Source of the DNA: Myxococcota bacterium
GTDB lineage: Bacteria; Myxococcota_A; UBA796; CAJQPC01
Direction of reading: 5' to 3'
Assembly (NCBI GenBank): GCA_036012755.1
Contig: DASCPX010000157.1
Coordinates: 10,944 to 74,943, forward strand
Length of the DNA: 64,000 bases
Positions 40,931 through 49,894 of this stretch are shown here, piece after piece. Below the pieces are notes generated by a model, which was not told the DNA's origin, searched no databases, and worked only from the letters and a program-made list of their open reading frames with translations. The translations under genes and the position numbers were made by a program. Within the stretch, counting starts at the first letter, position 1. Each line of letters opens with the position of its first letter.

Positions 40931-42811
40931 TCAGCCAGGGGCGCCCGTGACCGGGTCGAGCAGGACCCCGGTGGCCTGGCCCGGAGCCACTGCGTCGCCC
41001 TCGACTCGCCAGTGGGAGTCGTCCACGGACAGGCCGACGAGGCGCGGCGGCCCCCCGCCCACGCGCAGGGTGACCCGAACCCGCCGCTGTGCGAGGTCTG
41101 CGGCCGGGCGAGGCTCTCCGGAGGAAGCGACCAGGGTCTCGCCGAGCACGCCGAAGGCCCAGCTGCCCCCTGCGTGATCGACGTAGAGGACCCCCTCCTC
41201 GAGGCGAGGGCTGGCAGTGGGTCGGGTGGCGATCTCGAACAGGGCGTTTTGGGTCCCCTCGTCGATCGTGGGAGGCAGTCCACGCTGCCTGCGCAGACGC
41301 CCGACCAGGGCCCGGCCCTCTCTGAGCCCGACCAGGTCCGCCGCCAGGAAGTAGACCAGGGCACCGCCCAGGGCGATCGGGGCGACGGTCAGGCGCGTCG
41401 CGTAGGGAGTCAGCAGCCACACCACCACCCCCATCACCAGGGTCGCGGCGGCGACCCGCGCGTGGCGGCCGACCATGCGTTTCAGCGTGCCCGGGACTCG
41501 CCGCTCCAAGAGGACCAGGAGCACGATGACCTCGACGGTCGCGAGGATGGCGTGGGACAGGGGCAGGCCCCGGAGCTCGATGTGTCCCATCAGCCACAGG
41601 GCCAGGGGCAGCTTCAAGAGCACCAACCCGATGCCCACGAACATCGGCGTCCAGGGGTCCTTGAGCGTGTAGAAGACCGGGACGAGGATGCGGTGGCCGC
41701 CGATGCCGATCAGACCGATGGCATACATCTGGAGGAGCGCCGCCGTGATGGTCGTGTCCTCCGGCCCGAAGGCGTGGCGCTCATAGAAGAGGCTCGTCAG
41801 GGGCTCGGCGAGCAGGAAGAGCCCGACCGCGCTCGGCAGTATGAGGAAGACGTTGTCGTTCATCGCCTTGGCGAGCGTGTCCCGGAAGGCGCTCCAGTCC
41901 TCCTTGGCCGCGTGGACGGACAGCCCCGCCAGCCCGGCCACCGCTACCGCGCCGCTGACGATGGAGAAGGGCAAATGCGCGATGCGGAAGGCATAGAGCA
42001 GCCAGCTCACCGGGCCGTCGCCTTCGCGAGAGGCGAGCTGCATCTCGATCAACAGGTGGAGCTGGGTCACGGCGATGGCGAGGACCGCCGGGACGATGAA
42101 CTTCAAGAGCTGCCCCAGCGCGGGGTGGCGAGCGAAACTCAGCGCGATCCGGAAGCCCGTGCCGCGAAGCATGGGCAGCTGGCAGAGGGCCTGGGCGGCC
42201 CCGCCTGCCAGGGCGCCGAGCGCCACCAGCACGATCGGCTCGTGCCCGGTCGCCTCTGCGAAGGGGGTCGACAACAGGCAGGTGGCGATGATCGCGATGT
42301 TGAAGAACAGCGGCGTGATCGCCGGGAGGAAGAAGCGCCCGCGGACGTTGAGCATGCCCATGAAGACCGATGCCACGGACACGGTCAGCACGAAGGGGCT
42401 GAGGATCCTGGTCAGCTTCGCGGTGAGCTCCACCTTCCCGGGGACATCGGCGAAGCCGCCCGCCATGAGATGGACGAGGGGTTCGGCCAGGAAGAAGGTC
42501 AGCAGGCAGGCGATCCCCACCACCACCAGCAACACCCCGAGGAAGGCGTTCGCCAGGGCCCTTGCGCTGGCGGGCCCTTCGCGCTCGTCGACCTCTGCGA
42601 AGAGCGGCACGAAGGCGTTCGAGAGCGCGCCCTCCGCGAAGAGCTCGCGGAAGATGTTGCCTATGCGGAAGGCGGCCGTGTAGGCGTCGGCCGCAGGCGA
42701 GGCCCCGAAGACAGCGGCGAAGACCATCTCGCGCAAGAGCCCGGTGATCCGCGCCAGCACGTTGGCGGCGCCGACGACGAGGCTGTTCTTGCGCAGGTCC
42801 CTGGCGCCCAT
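40931..42811 (-). CDS. murJ: lipid II flippase MurJ (MviN) with C-terminal extension
   Basis: RITGLLRE..FA..FGAS..ADAY..AFRI.N.FRELFAEGALSNAFVP, YAFRIAHLP and FYTLKD..TP motifs. Confidence 0.9.
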   Translation of the reverse strand: MGARDLRKNSLVVGAANVLARITGLLREMVFAAVFGASPAADAYTAAFRIGNIFRELFAEGALSNAFVPLFAEVDEREGPASARALANAFLGVLLVVVGIACLLTFFLAEPLVHLMAGGFADVPGKVELTAKLTRILSPFVLTVSVASVFMGMLNVRGRFFLPAITPLFFNIAIIATCLLSTPFAEATGHEPIVLVALGALAGGAAQALCQLPMLRGTGFRIALSFARHPALGQLLKFIVPAVLAIAVTQLHLLIEMQLASREGDGPVSWLLYAFRIAHLPFSIVSGAVAVAGLAGLSVHAAKEDWSAFRDTLAKAMNDNVFLILPSAVGLFLLAEPLTSLFYERHAFGPEDTTITAALLQMYAIGLIGIGGHRILVPVFYTLKDPWTPMFVGIGLVLLKLPLALWLMGHIELRGLPLSHAILATVEVIVLLVLLERRVPGTLKRMVGRHARVAAATLVMGVVVWLLTPYATRLTVAPIALGGALVYFLAADLVGLREGRALVGRLRRQRGLPPTIDEGTQNALFEIATRPTASPRLEEGVLYVDHAGGSWAFGVLGETLVASSGEPRPAADLAQRRVRVTLRVGGGPPRLVGLSVDDSHWRVEGDAVAPGQATGVLLDPVTGAPG

Positions 42812-42820
42812 CGCCCGCTG

Positions 42821-43159
42821 TTAGCCCGTCCGGAAGGTCGCGGTGGCGAGCAGCTCTCCGGCGGCGCTCCAGGCCTGGCCGCGGGCACCGCCGGGTTCGC
42901 CGGTGCGAGCGTCGAGGTACTCGGGAAAGCCCCGCTCGTTCGCGCGCCGGACGGCCTCCAGGAGGGTCTCGGCGATGTCGTCCTCGCCGAGCCTTCGCGC
43001 GGCCATCGCCCAGAAGCCGTTGACCATCGGCCACAGGCCTCCGTTGTGATAGCGGCCCGGCTCGTTGCGGAGCTCGTGCACGGCGAGGCCACGGAGGCGG
43101 TCGTCCGGCTCGAGCACCGGGGCGAAGGCTGGGACGAGCCCGAAGCGTCGAAGGGACAG
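42821..43159 (-). pseudogene. 3' fragment of an (alpha/alpha)6 glycoside hydrolase (GH100/amylo-1,6-glucosidase-like)
   Basis: NEPGRYHNGGLWPMVNGFW...FPEYLDARTGEPGG...QAWSAA, the typical C-terminus of this family; no start of its own. Confidence 0.8.
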
Positions 43160-43596
43160 TACGTGATCATGCCGAGGGAGAGCACGATGTAGCTGACGGC
43201 GGACAGGAGGTGGGCGAGGCGACCCTGCCTGTCGGTCCCGAAGCGCAGCTTCATCCACTCGGCCGAGGTCATCACGCGGGACCGTCGGAGCCACTTCGCC
43301 AGGAAGATCATGAGGAAGCCGAGGCTCAGCCCCACACCCCCTCGGGTCTCGACCAGGAAGCCCTGGTAGCCGAGGGCGAAGACCATCGCGACGATGATCA
43401 TCGTCCCGGCCATGTCGAAGTTCGACGTCGAGGTCGAGATGCCGAGGATTCACCAGGGGATCTTGTTCCCGCCGAGGAAGTAGTCCTCGACTCCCTGGCT
43501 GGCCCGGCGGGACATCAGGAAGCCGACGATGGTGACGATGACGAGGAAGCCGCCGACTATGGCGGTGTCGACGACACCCAGGTTCACACCTTCCAT
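43159..43596 (-). pseudogene. 5' fragment of a sodium:solute symporter with premature stop
   Basis: MEGVNLGVVDTAIV...EDYFLGGNKIPW*ILGISTSTSNFDMAGT...SRVMTSAEWMKLRFG; TGA at 43450-43452; truncated after about 146 codons. Confidence 0.85.
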
Positions 43597-43644
43597 CTCG
43601 CCCACTGCGTCTCGGGAGCGTGGACCCTAACTGGAGAGGTTCAC

Positions 43645-44229
43645 TCAGCGGGGGCGCTGGTGGCCCGTCGAGCTGGCGACCCGAGGCTGCTCCGCGGAGA
43701 CGGTGACCATCTGGTAGCGGTCGATGCGCACGCTGTTGGAGGCGATGCGACCGCCATGCCCACGTGCGTCCACGAGGTCGACGCGCACGTCGCCGGGAGC
43801 GAGGTAGACCACGCGGGTGCCGTAGGCGGACAGGGTCGTGTTCTGTCGCCCGTCGATGTAGACGATGACCTCGTAGGGCAGGGAGTTCTGCACCATCAGC
43901 ATCCCGGTCGTCGGCGCCTTCACCGTCACTCTGTTGTCGGACCATGCCCCGATGTGGACCTCCTTGCGCTGGAGGACCTTGCCGCCCTTGCGGCGGAAGA
44001 CGAGCACGCAGTGTCCGAGGTCCACCCCGACGACTCGAGTCGAGCCATGGGCCTCGACGTGTCGGCTGCGCCCATCGGGCAGCTCGACGACCACGTCGAT
44101 GGGGAGGGGGTTGTCGATGACGAGCGTCCCGCTGGAGCGCTTGCTCGCGGGACGAACGTGGTGGCTGGAGGAGTGCTCGTGGCCGGCGAGGGCGGGGTTC
44201 GCGGTGAGCATGGCGGCGAGAAAGAACAT
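43645..44229 (-). CDS. hypothetical secreted protein with two small beta-sandwich-like repeats
   Basis: SD AAGGAGG; signal ...PALA; internal repeat GTLVIDNPLPIDVVV / GMLMVQNSLPYEVIV. Confidence 0.7.
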   Translation of the reverse strand: MFFLAAMLTANPALAGHEHSSSHHVRPASKRSSGTLVIDNPLPIDVVVELPDGRSRHVEAHGSTRVVGVDLGHCVLVFRRKGGKVLQRKEVHIGAWSDNRVTVKAPTTGMLMVQNSLPYEVIVYIDGRQNTTLSAYGTRVVYLAPGDVRVDLVDARGHGGRIASNSVRIDRYQMVTVSAEQPRVASSTGHQRPR

Positions 44230-44332
44230 CGAGGCCTCCTTGTCTGCCTGGCTCGGACGCACGGCAGGCCGGGGCATTCGCGAGGCTGACAGAATGTGAC
44301 AACGTTCGGCTTCGGCGTCCTGGGTGCGGCGT

Positions 44333-46129
44333 ATGCTCCGGCCGGTGCGCTGGACCCGACGAGACGTGCTCGAGCTTGCGGCGAGTGCCTGTTGTCTGGC
44401 GGTCGTGGCGGTCGCGCTGCGATACCCGACCTCGCTGTCGCCGTACCTGCTGCCGGCCGACACCAACAGCGAGCTGCACGTCCTGCTCGGCGCGGCCCTG
44501 GCCGACGGGGAGTTCGGGCACGTGGCGGGACTGGCCTACCCCGCCGGACTCGATGTCCGTGTCGTCGCCCTGCCGATGCTCCTGCTGGCGCTTCCTCTCC
44601 AGCCGCTGCTGGGCCAGGTGGCGGCCTTCAACGTCGCGGTCGTGCTCTGGCTGGTCCTCAACGGCGCCGTCGTTCAGTGGGTGGGCGTGCGGCTGGGGCT
44701 GTCACGGTGGGGCGCGCTCGCCCTGGCGGTCGTGAGCCTCCTCTCGAGCCAGTGCGTCGGTTTTCTGGGAAACGGGCAGTTCGAGAACGTCGTGCCCGCG
44801 GCGCTCGCGCTCGGGGTCCTCGCCGGGCACACCGAGCAGGCCCGCAGAGCGGCCGCTCTGGTCGTCGTGGCCCTGCTCCTCGCCGGGTTCAGCAGTCCCT
44901 ATCAGGCTGTGGTGGTGGTTCTGCTCTGCCTCGGTACGTCGATCGTGGAGCGAGGCCCCCTTCGCGCCGCCCTGTTGTTGGGGGTGTCCCTGGGAGCCCT
45001 CCTCCCCGTCGGTTGGTACTACGCGACGGCGACCGTCGGGCTGGAGACCCCGGCACCAGTCGTGACCGAGTCCCTGAACTTCCTGGCGCCGTCGCTGCGC
45101 CAGCCGGGTGGGGGGGAGCTGTCAGAGGGCTTCCCATACATGGGGACCGGTACCCAGACCCCGCCGGCCCTTCGTAGCATCGGCTGGGTTCTTCCGATCG
45201 GGGGACTGCTGGCGCTCGGAGCTCTGCGTAGAAGAGGCCTTGCGCTCGGGGTGGCTGGGCTTCTCGTCTTCCTGGTCGCGATCGGACCCGAGCTGCGCCT
45301 TGGTCCCGTCGCCGTCCCCGGGCCCTACGCTCTCGCCGGGCTCCTTCCCGGTCTGCGCGACATGGGTGTCACCTTCCGCTTCGGGACCGGGCTCGTCTTC
45401 GTCGCCGGTCTGCTGATCTTGCGAGCGCGCCCCACGCTCTCGGTCACCATCGCCTTGCCAGCGCTGGTCGGCCTGGAGACCCTCCTGTTCTCGTCGGCCA
45501 CGTGGCCGTCATCCGCCGGCGTCGCCAACTCGGTCGCGATCGATGGGCCGGTGGGCTTCTGGCCGGCCCCCCCCATCGCCCCCTCCTTTCCCTCCGCGTG
45601 GGTGGCCATGGCCTATGACGTCCCGGTCGCGTGGGGGCCCGAGGAAGGTGTGAGCGCCTGGATCTACTCGCTGCGGCAGCTGGGGGTCGAAAAGGTCGTG
45701 GTGCATCACGGGGACATCGGCACGCCGGAACCTCTCACCGACTGCCTGGTCCTGGTCGAGGAGCTCGGAGCGGCGGCTTCGGTCTACGCCCTGTCGTGCT
45801 CGGGCGCTCCATCCACCACACCGTCAGGGGATGCGCCTCCAACGGTGGACCGACCCACCGCCGACGCGGTCGTGCCCGGCATTCCGAGTGACTGGGGCCC
45901 AGACGTCGCCGCGGGCGTGGACACGTGGATCTACTCCCTACGCCAGAGGGGCATCGACCAGGTCGTCGCGGGTGACGACGTCCCCCTGCCGAAGGAGCTG
46001 GTCGACTGTGTCGTCCCGCTCGGAGAGTTCGGCGAATCGGGCCAGCGCTACTCTCTGTCCTGCGCCGGCGCTCCACCTGGGAGCTCGACTCCGGAGGCTG
46101 CGGAGAGCCTGTCGGCCGCCGAGGACTGA
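44333..46129 (+). CDS. polytopic membrane protein (GT-C/YfhO-like) with duplicated C-terminal domain
   Basis: LAYPAG, SSPYQ, YMG, AIGP...PGPY...LPGL....TFRF pattern; many TM helices. Start may instead be GTG 44345. Confidence 0.6.
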   Translation: MLRPVRWTRRDVLELAASACCLAVVAVALRYPTSLSPYLLPADTNSELHVLLGAALADGEFGHVAGLAYPAGLDVRVVALPMLLLALPLQPLLGQVAAFNVAVVLWLVLNGAVVQWVGVRLGLSRWGALALAVVSLLSSQCVGFLGNGQFENVVPAALALGVLAGHTEQARRAAALVVVALLLAGFSSPYQAVVVVLLCLGTSIVERGPLRAALLLGVSLGALLPVGWYYATATVGLETPAPVVTESLNFLAPSLRQPGGGELSEGFPYMGTGTQTPPALRSIGWVLPIGGLLALGALRRRGLALGVAGLLVFLVAIGPELRLGPVAVPGPYALAGLLPGLRDMGVTFRFGTGLVFVAGLLILRARPTLSVTIALPALVGLETLLFSSATWPSSAGVANSVAIDGPVGFWPAPPIAPSFPSAWVAMAYDVPVAWGPEEGVSAWIYSLRQLGVEKVVVHHGDIGTPEPLTDCLVLVEELGAAASVYALSCSGAPSTTPSGDAPPTVDRPTADAVVPGIPSDWGPDVAAGVDTWIYSLRQRGIDQVVAGDDVPLPKELVDCVVPLGEFGESGQRYSLSCAGAPPGSSTPEAAESLSAAED

Positions 46130-46134
46130 GCGAC

Positions 46135-47436
46135 CTAGCAGCTACCCTCGACGGGGTACTGCGCGATGATGGTGCTGCCTGGGCCAGGGATGGCGTCGCC
46201 GCTGAAGGTGATGCAGTTGTCGGTGACGTCGTAGATCCAGCCGTCCGTGTAGTCGTATGTGATCTCCACGCCGTCGACGGTCACCGTCATCTGGCCGATG
46301 TTGCTGGGCACCTGGTCGAGGCAGAACTCGTACTCCATGCCCGCGGCCGTCAGCGAGAGGTGCTGGAGCGCTTTGTCCCACTCATCAGCGCAGATGGACT
46401 CGTGGATACCACCAGTGCGCTCGGTGGCGTCGACGTAGAGCGGCGCCGGGGCCGCATCCACGCCGTTGGTCCAGTCGAAGCAGGGGCCGTCCGCCGGACC
46501 CGAGATGGCCGAGAAGGTCGCCATCTCCTGGGCGGGCTTCAGCGCGTTGAACCACGTGGAGAATGCGCTGCTGTTGAGTCCGTCCGTGTCGTCGTCCTCG
46601 TCCGTGACGATGATGGCGGCTAGCGAGGCGTCCTCGCGGATGAAGTCGGTGTTCGTCGTGGTCAACAGCGGGTCGGTGAGGGCTGCCTCGCAGGCGCCGA
46701 AGCCCTGCTCCTTGCCGGAGCCGCTGGAGCCCTGGTCCACCTGCTGGGCGAACTCTGCCTCGGCGTCGCTGGTGTCCTCTGTGATGACGGAGCCCATGAA
46801 CTTGCCGGACTGGGCCGGGTTGTCCATGTCGGTCGTCACGACGGCGATGTGGTAGTCGAGCCCGAGGTCGACGAACTCGCCCATGAAGGTGCCGAAGTTC
46901 GCGTTCACCGCTGCCAGGGCGCCGGACATCGAGCAGCTGTTGTCGACGATCCAGAGGACGTCGACCTCCTGGAAGAACTCCTGCTCCCACTGCTGCTCGT
47001 ACATGGCGTCCTCGGCGCCTCGTCCGTCGACATCGACACCCACCTCGGCTTCGTCCGGATCGTTGCTGGTGACGACCACGTCGGCGCTGTACTCGACCCA
47101 GGCGGCGGGTGTGAAGTCCACCTCGAAGGTCGCCTCTTCGCCCGGGGCGAGGACGAAGCTGGTGGTGTCGGCGTAGAGCGTGAAGGCGCTGTAGCCGTCG
47201 CCTGCGAGCTGGATGTCGTGGACGTCGAGGTCCGAGCCACCGACGTTGGTGATCGTCACCGTCTCCTTCGGAGTCGGGCAGTCCTTCAGCGCGCCGCCGA
47301 AGTCCAGCGACAGCGGCTCGACCTCGATGTCGGGGTCGTTCGGATCGGACCAGGTCCCAGTGTCGGTCGGATCGTCGACGTCGTTGGGCCGGTTGAGGTC
47401 GTAGTCGCTACAGGCAAACGTCAGCGCAAGAAGCAC
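46135..47436 (-). CDS. lipoprotein with Ig-like (choice-of-anchor D/ASH) domain and VWA-like domain
   Basis: MLLALTFAC lipobox; PDIEVEP.SLDFG...TITNVG...SNDPDE; MIDAS-like DVLWIVDNSCSM; IIVTDEDD. Confidence 0.8.
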   Translation of the reverse strand: MLLALTFACSDYDLNRPNDVDDPTDTGTWSDPNDPDIEVEPLSLDFGGALKDCPTPKETVTITNVGGSDLDVHDIQLAGDGYSAFTLYADTTSFVLAPGEEATFEVDFTPAAWVEYSADVVVTSNDPDEAEVGVDVDGRGAEDAMYEQQWEQEFFQEVDVLWIVDNSCSMSGALAAVNANFGTFMGEFVDLGLDYHIAVVTTDMDNPAQSGKFMGSVITEDTSDAEAEFAQQVDQGSSGSGKEQGFGACEAALTDPLLTTTNTDFIREDASLAAIIVTDEDDDTDGLNSSAFSTWFNALKPAQEMATFSAISGPADGPCFDWTNGVDAAPAPLYVDATERTGGIHESICADEWDKALQHLSLTAAGMEYEFCLDQVPSNIGQMTVTVDGVEITYDYTDGWIYDVTDNCITFSGDAIPGPGSTIIAQYPVEGSC

Positions 47437-47500
47437 GGGGACCTCCTAGCTCTCGGTGCGCGAGCGGATGGACTTATAGCAGAGGAAGGCCCGGGTCCAG

Positions 47501-49885
47501 CTACCACCCCGAGCGGCGCAGGAGCGCCTTCACCCGCAACAGCAGCTCCTCGGGGTCGAAGGGCTTCGGCAGGTAGTCGTCTGCGCCTGCGTAGAAGCCC
47601 TTCTTGACGTGGGCGGTCTCACCTCGGGCCGAGAGCATCAGGACGGGGATGTTCTCCGTCTCGGGCTTGGACTTCAGCCAGGTGCAGACCTCGTAGCCGG
47701 TCTTCCGAGGCATCATCACGTCCAGCACGATGATGTCCGGGGCCTGCGCGCTGATGGCCTCGATGGCCTCGACGCCGTCTCCCGCCGTGCGGATGTCGCA
47801 GTCGTCCTCCAGCGTCAGCCCGACCAGCTGCAGGATCTCCTTGGCGTCGTCGACGATGAGGGCCGCCGGTCTCCCCGTCTTCTTCACCGGCTCGGGGATC
47901 TCGATGTCTGCCAGGGGCGGGAGCTCGGGGGCGTCCGTGGGGTCGGTGCCGGGCACCTCGGTGGGCGCCTCCTCCTCCACTGCCTCCGGTGCCGCCACAG
48001 GGGTGCTCCCCGGGGCCTTCTTGACGGCGACGATCTCGACGTCGTCGAAGACACCTTCGGGATCCTCGGCGAAGATCCCCTCGTCCATGCTGGCCTCCTC
48101 GAAGACGCCGCTGGCTTCCCAGGCGCCGTGGAGGTTGCGGACGACGTGCTGGAGGACGGTCTTGGGGTAGTCGGTGGTCGGCACGACTCGAGCGACCTCC
48201 TCCAGCGTCGTCCAGCCCTCTCGGACCTTGAGGATGGCGTCCTCGAGCAGGGTCTTCAGGCCGTCTTCGATGGCCTGGTCCCACAGCTCGCGCTCGGTGG
48301 CCCCTTCCTGGACCTTGTTGCCGAGCTCGCGGGTGAAGGGCATCAGCTCGAAGCAGCCGAAGCGTCCGGCGTAGCCCATGTACTGACAGGTCGGGCAGCC
48401 CGGTCCGGCGAAGCGCGCCCCTTTACCGAGCTCGATCTCAGGCAGCCCGAGGCGCTCCCACTCCTCTGGGATCGGCGTCTGGTGCACGGAGCAGTCCGGG
48501 CACACCCGGCGCAGCAGGCGCTGGCTCACGACGCCGGTCATCGCGTCAGCGAGGAGGTAGGGAGCGACGCGAAGGTCGAGCAGGCGGGTGATCGCAGCCA
48601 CCGAGTTCGAGGTGTGGAGGGTCGAGAGCACGAGGTGTCCGGTCCCCGCTGCGTCGATGGCGGCGGCGGCGGTCTCCGGGTCCCGGATCTCGCCGATGAC
48701 CACGACGTTGGGGTCCTGCCGGAGCATGGCCTTGACCGATGACGCGAAGGTGATGCCAGCCCTCTCGTTCACCTGGACCTGTGTGAGCCCGGCCAGCGTG
48801 TACTCGATCGGGTCTTCGATGGTGACGATCGAGGTGTTCTCGCTGTTGAGCCGGTGGATCGAGGCGTAGAGCGTCGTCGACTTCCCCGAGCCGGTGGGTC
48901 CGACGACGAGCAGCATTCCACGCGGAGTCGCGAGCTGGCGGTACCACTTGGTCAGGGCGTGGGCCGGCCAGCCGAGCTCGGCCAGGTTCGCCTTGATCAT
49001 CATGGGATCGAGGATTCGGATGACGACGTTCTCGCCGTACTGACTGGGCAGCGTCCCGACCCGGAGGTCGATGGGGCGTCCTCCGAGGCGAGCGCTGACC
49101 TTGCCGTCCTGGGGACGGCGCTTCTCGGCCACGTCCATCGAGGCGAGGACCTTGATGCGACCGGTGAGGGAGGACTGGGCCCAGGAGGGCAACAGGACGG
49201 TCTCCCTGAGGAGGCCGTCGATGCGGTAGCGAACTCGGATGCCCTTGGCCTGCGGCTCGAGATGGATGTCGGAGGCGCCCCGCTCGATGGCGTTGATGAG
49301 GAGGAAGTCGACCAGGTCCACGTAGACCTGCGAGTCCCCCCTCTTCAGGTGGTTCTGGATCTTGCCCGCGTCCAGCTGGAGGTAGGTCGGCGCCACCGTC
49401 AGCTGGCGCATCTCGGGCTTGACGTCCTTGAGCAGCCGGGAGGCGACCGCCTCGACGCTGTAGTGCCGCAGGATGGCCTGGTGGATCCGCTGAGGGCTGG
49501 CGACGACTTGCACGACGCGACCCTTGAGCGCGAACTCCAGGTCGCGGATGGCGTCATGGTCCTGCGGGTCCGCCATCGCGACCAGCGTTCCCCCGGCCTG
49601 CTTGCGGATCGGGAAGACCATGCGGCGCTCGGCGATCGTCCGGTTGACCTGCCAGACGCAGGCGGGGTCGACCTTCGTGTTCGTGGGGTCGATGTAGTCG
49701 AGGGACAGTTGCTCGGCGAGCGCCTCGGCGACGTCCTCTTCGGTCACGGCGCCGATGCGTACGAGCGCGACGCCCAGCTTGGTTTCGGGCTCCACGTTCT
49801 GGAGCTCGAGGGCCTGGTTGAGGAGGTCATCGAGCAAGCCCCGGCGGGCCTGCAGGATCTCTCCGATCTTCTTCCTTCCAAGCAC
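47501..49885 (-). CDS. PilB/GspE family secretion ATPase with N-terminal MshEN-like and C-terminal receiver (REC) domains
   Basis: ASDIHLEP, RYRIDG, GPTGSGKSTT, TIEDPIE, GEIRD, GHLVLSTLH and CPDC/CPTC motifs; REC IVDD...LDVMMP...LSA...KPF. Confidence 0.92.
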   Translation of the reverse strand: MLGRKKIGEILQARRGLLDDLLNQALELQNVEPETKLGVALVRIGAVTEEDVAEALAEQLSLDYIDPTNTKVDPACVWQVNRTIAERRMVFPIRKQAGGTLVAMADPQDHDAIRDLEFALKGRVVQVVASPQRIHQAILRHYSVEAVASRLLKDVKPEMRQLTVAPTYLQLDAGKIQNHLKRGDSQVYVDLVDFLLINAIERGASDIHLEPQAKGIRVRYRIDGLLRETVLLPSWAQSSLTGRIKVLASMDVAEKRRPQDGKVSARLGGRPIDLRVGTLPSQYGENVVIRILDPMMIKANLAELGWPAHALTKWYRQLATPRGMLLVVGPTGSGKSTTLYASIHRLNSENTSIVTIEDPIEYTLAGLTQVQVNERAGITFASSVKAMLRQDPNVVVIGEIRDPETAAAAIDAAGTGHLVLSTLHTSNSVAAITRLLDLRVAPYLLADAMTGVVSQRLLRRVCPDCSVHQTPIPEEWERLGLPEIELGKGARFAGPGCPTCQYMGYAGRFGCFELMPFTRELGNKVQEGATERELWDQAIEDGLKTLLEDAILKVREGWTTLEEVARVVPTTDYPKTVLQHVVRNLHGAWEASGVFEEASMDEGIFAEDPEGVFDDVEIVAVKKAPGSTPVAAPEAVEEEAPTEVPGTDPTDAPELPPLADIEIPEPVKKTGRPAALIVDDAKEILQLVGLTLEDDCDIRTAGDGVEAIEAISAQAPDIIVLDVMMPRKTGYEVCTWLKSKPETENIPVLMLSARGETAHVKKGFYAGADDYLPKPFDPEELLLRVKALLRRSGW

Positions 49886-49894
49886 TGGCTCTCC

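Noticed and set aside
43450..43452. TGA recoding (selenocysteine or Trp) in the symporter
   Set aside because: The gene is also truncated, TGA is used as a normal stop throughout the window, and the position corresponds to Trp. A simple nonsense mutation is more likely.
38873..46129. Diversity-generating retroelement, suggested by the Avd-like remnant and the duplicated segment at 45620-46075
   Set aside because: No reverse transcriptase in the window. The duplicate differs by synonymous changes and indels, not adenine-specific substitutions.
31114..49885. Flp pilin and PilB-like ATPase as one pilus system
   Set aside because: They are 16 kb apart, and Flp pili use TadA/CpaF-type ATPases rather than PilB/GspE.
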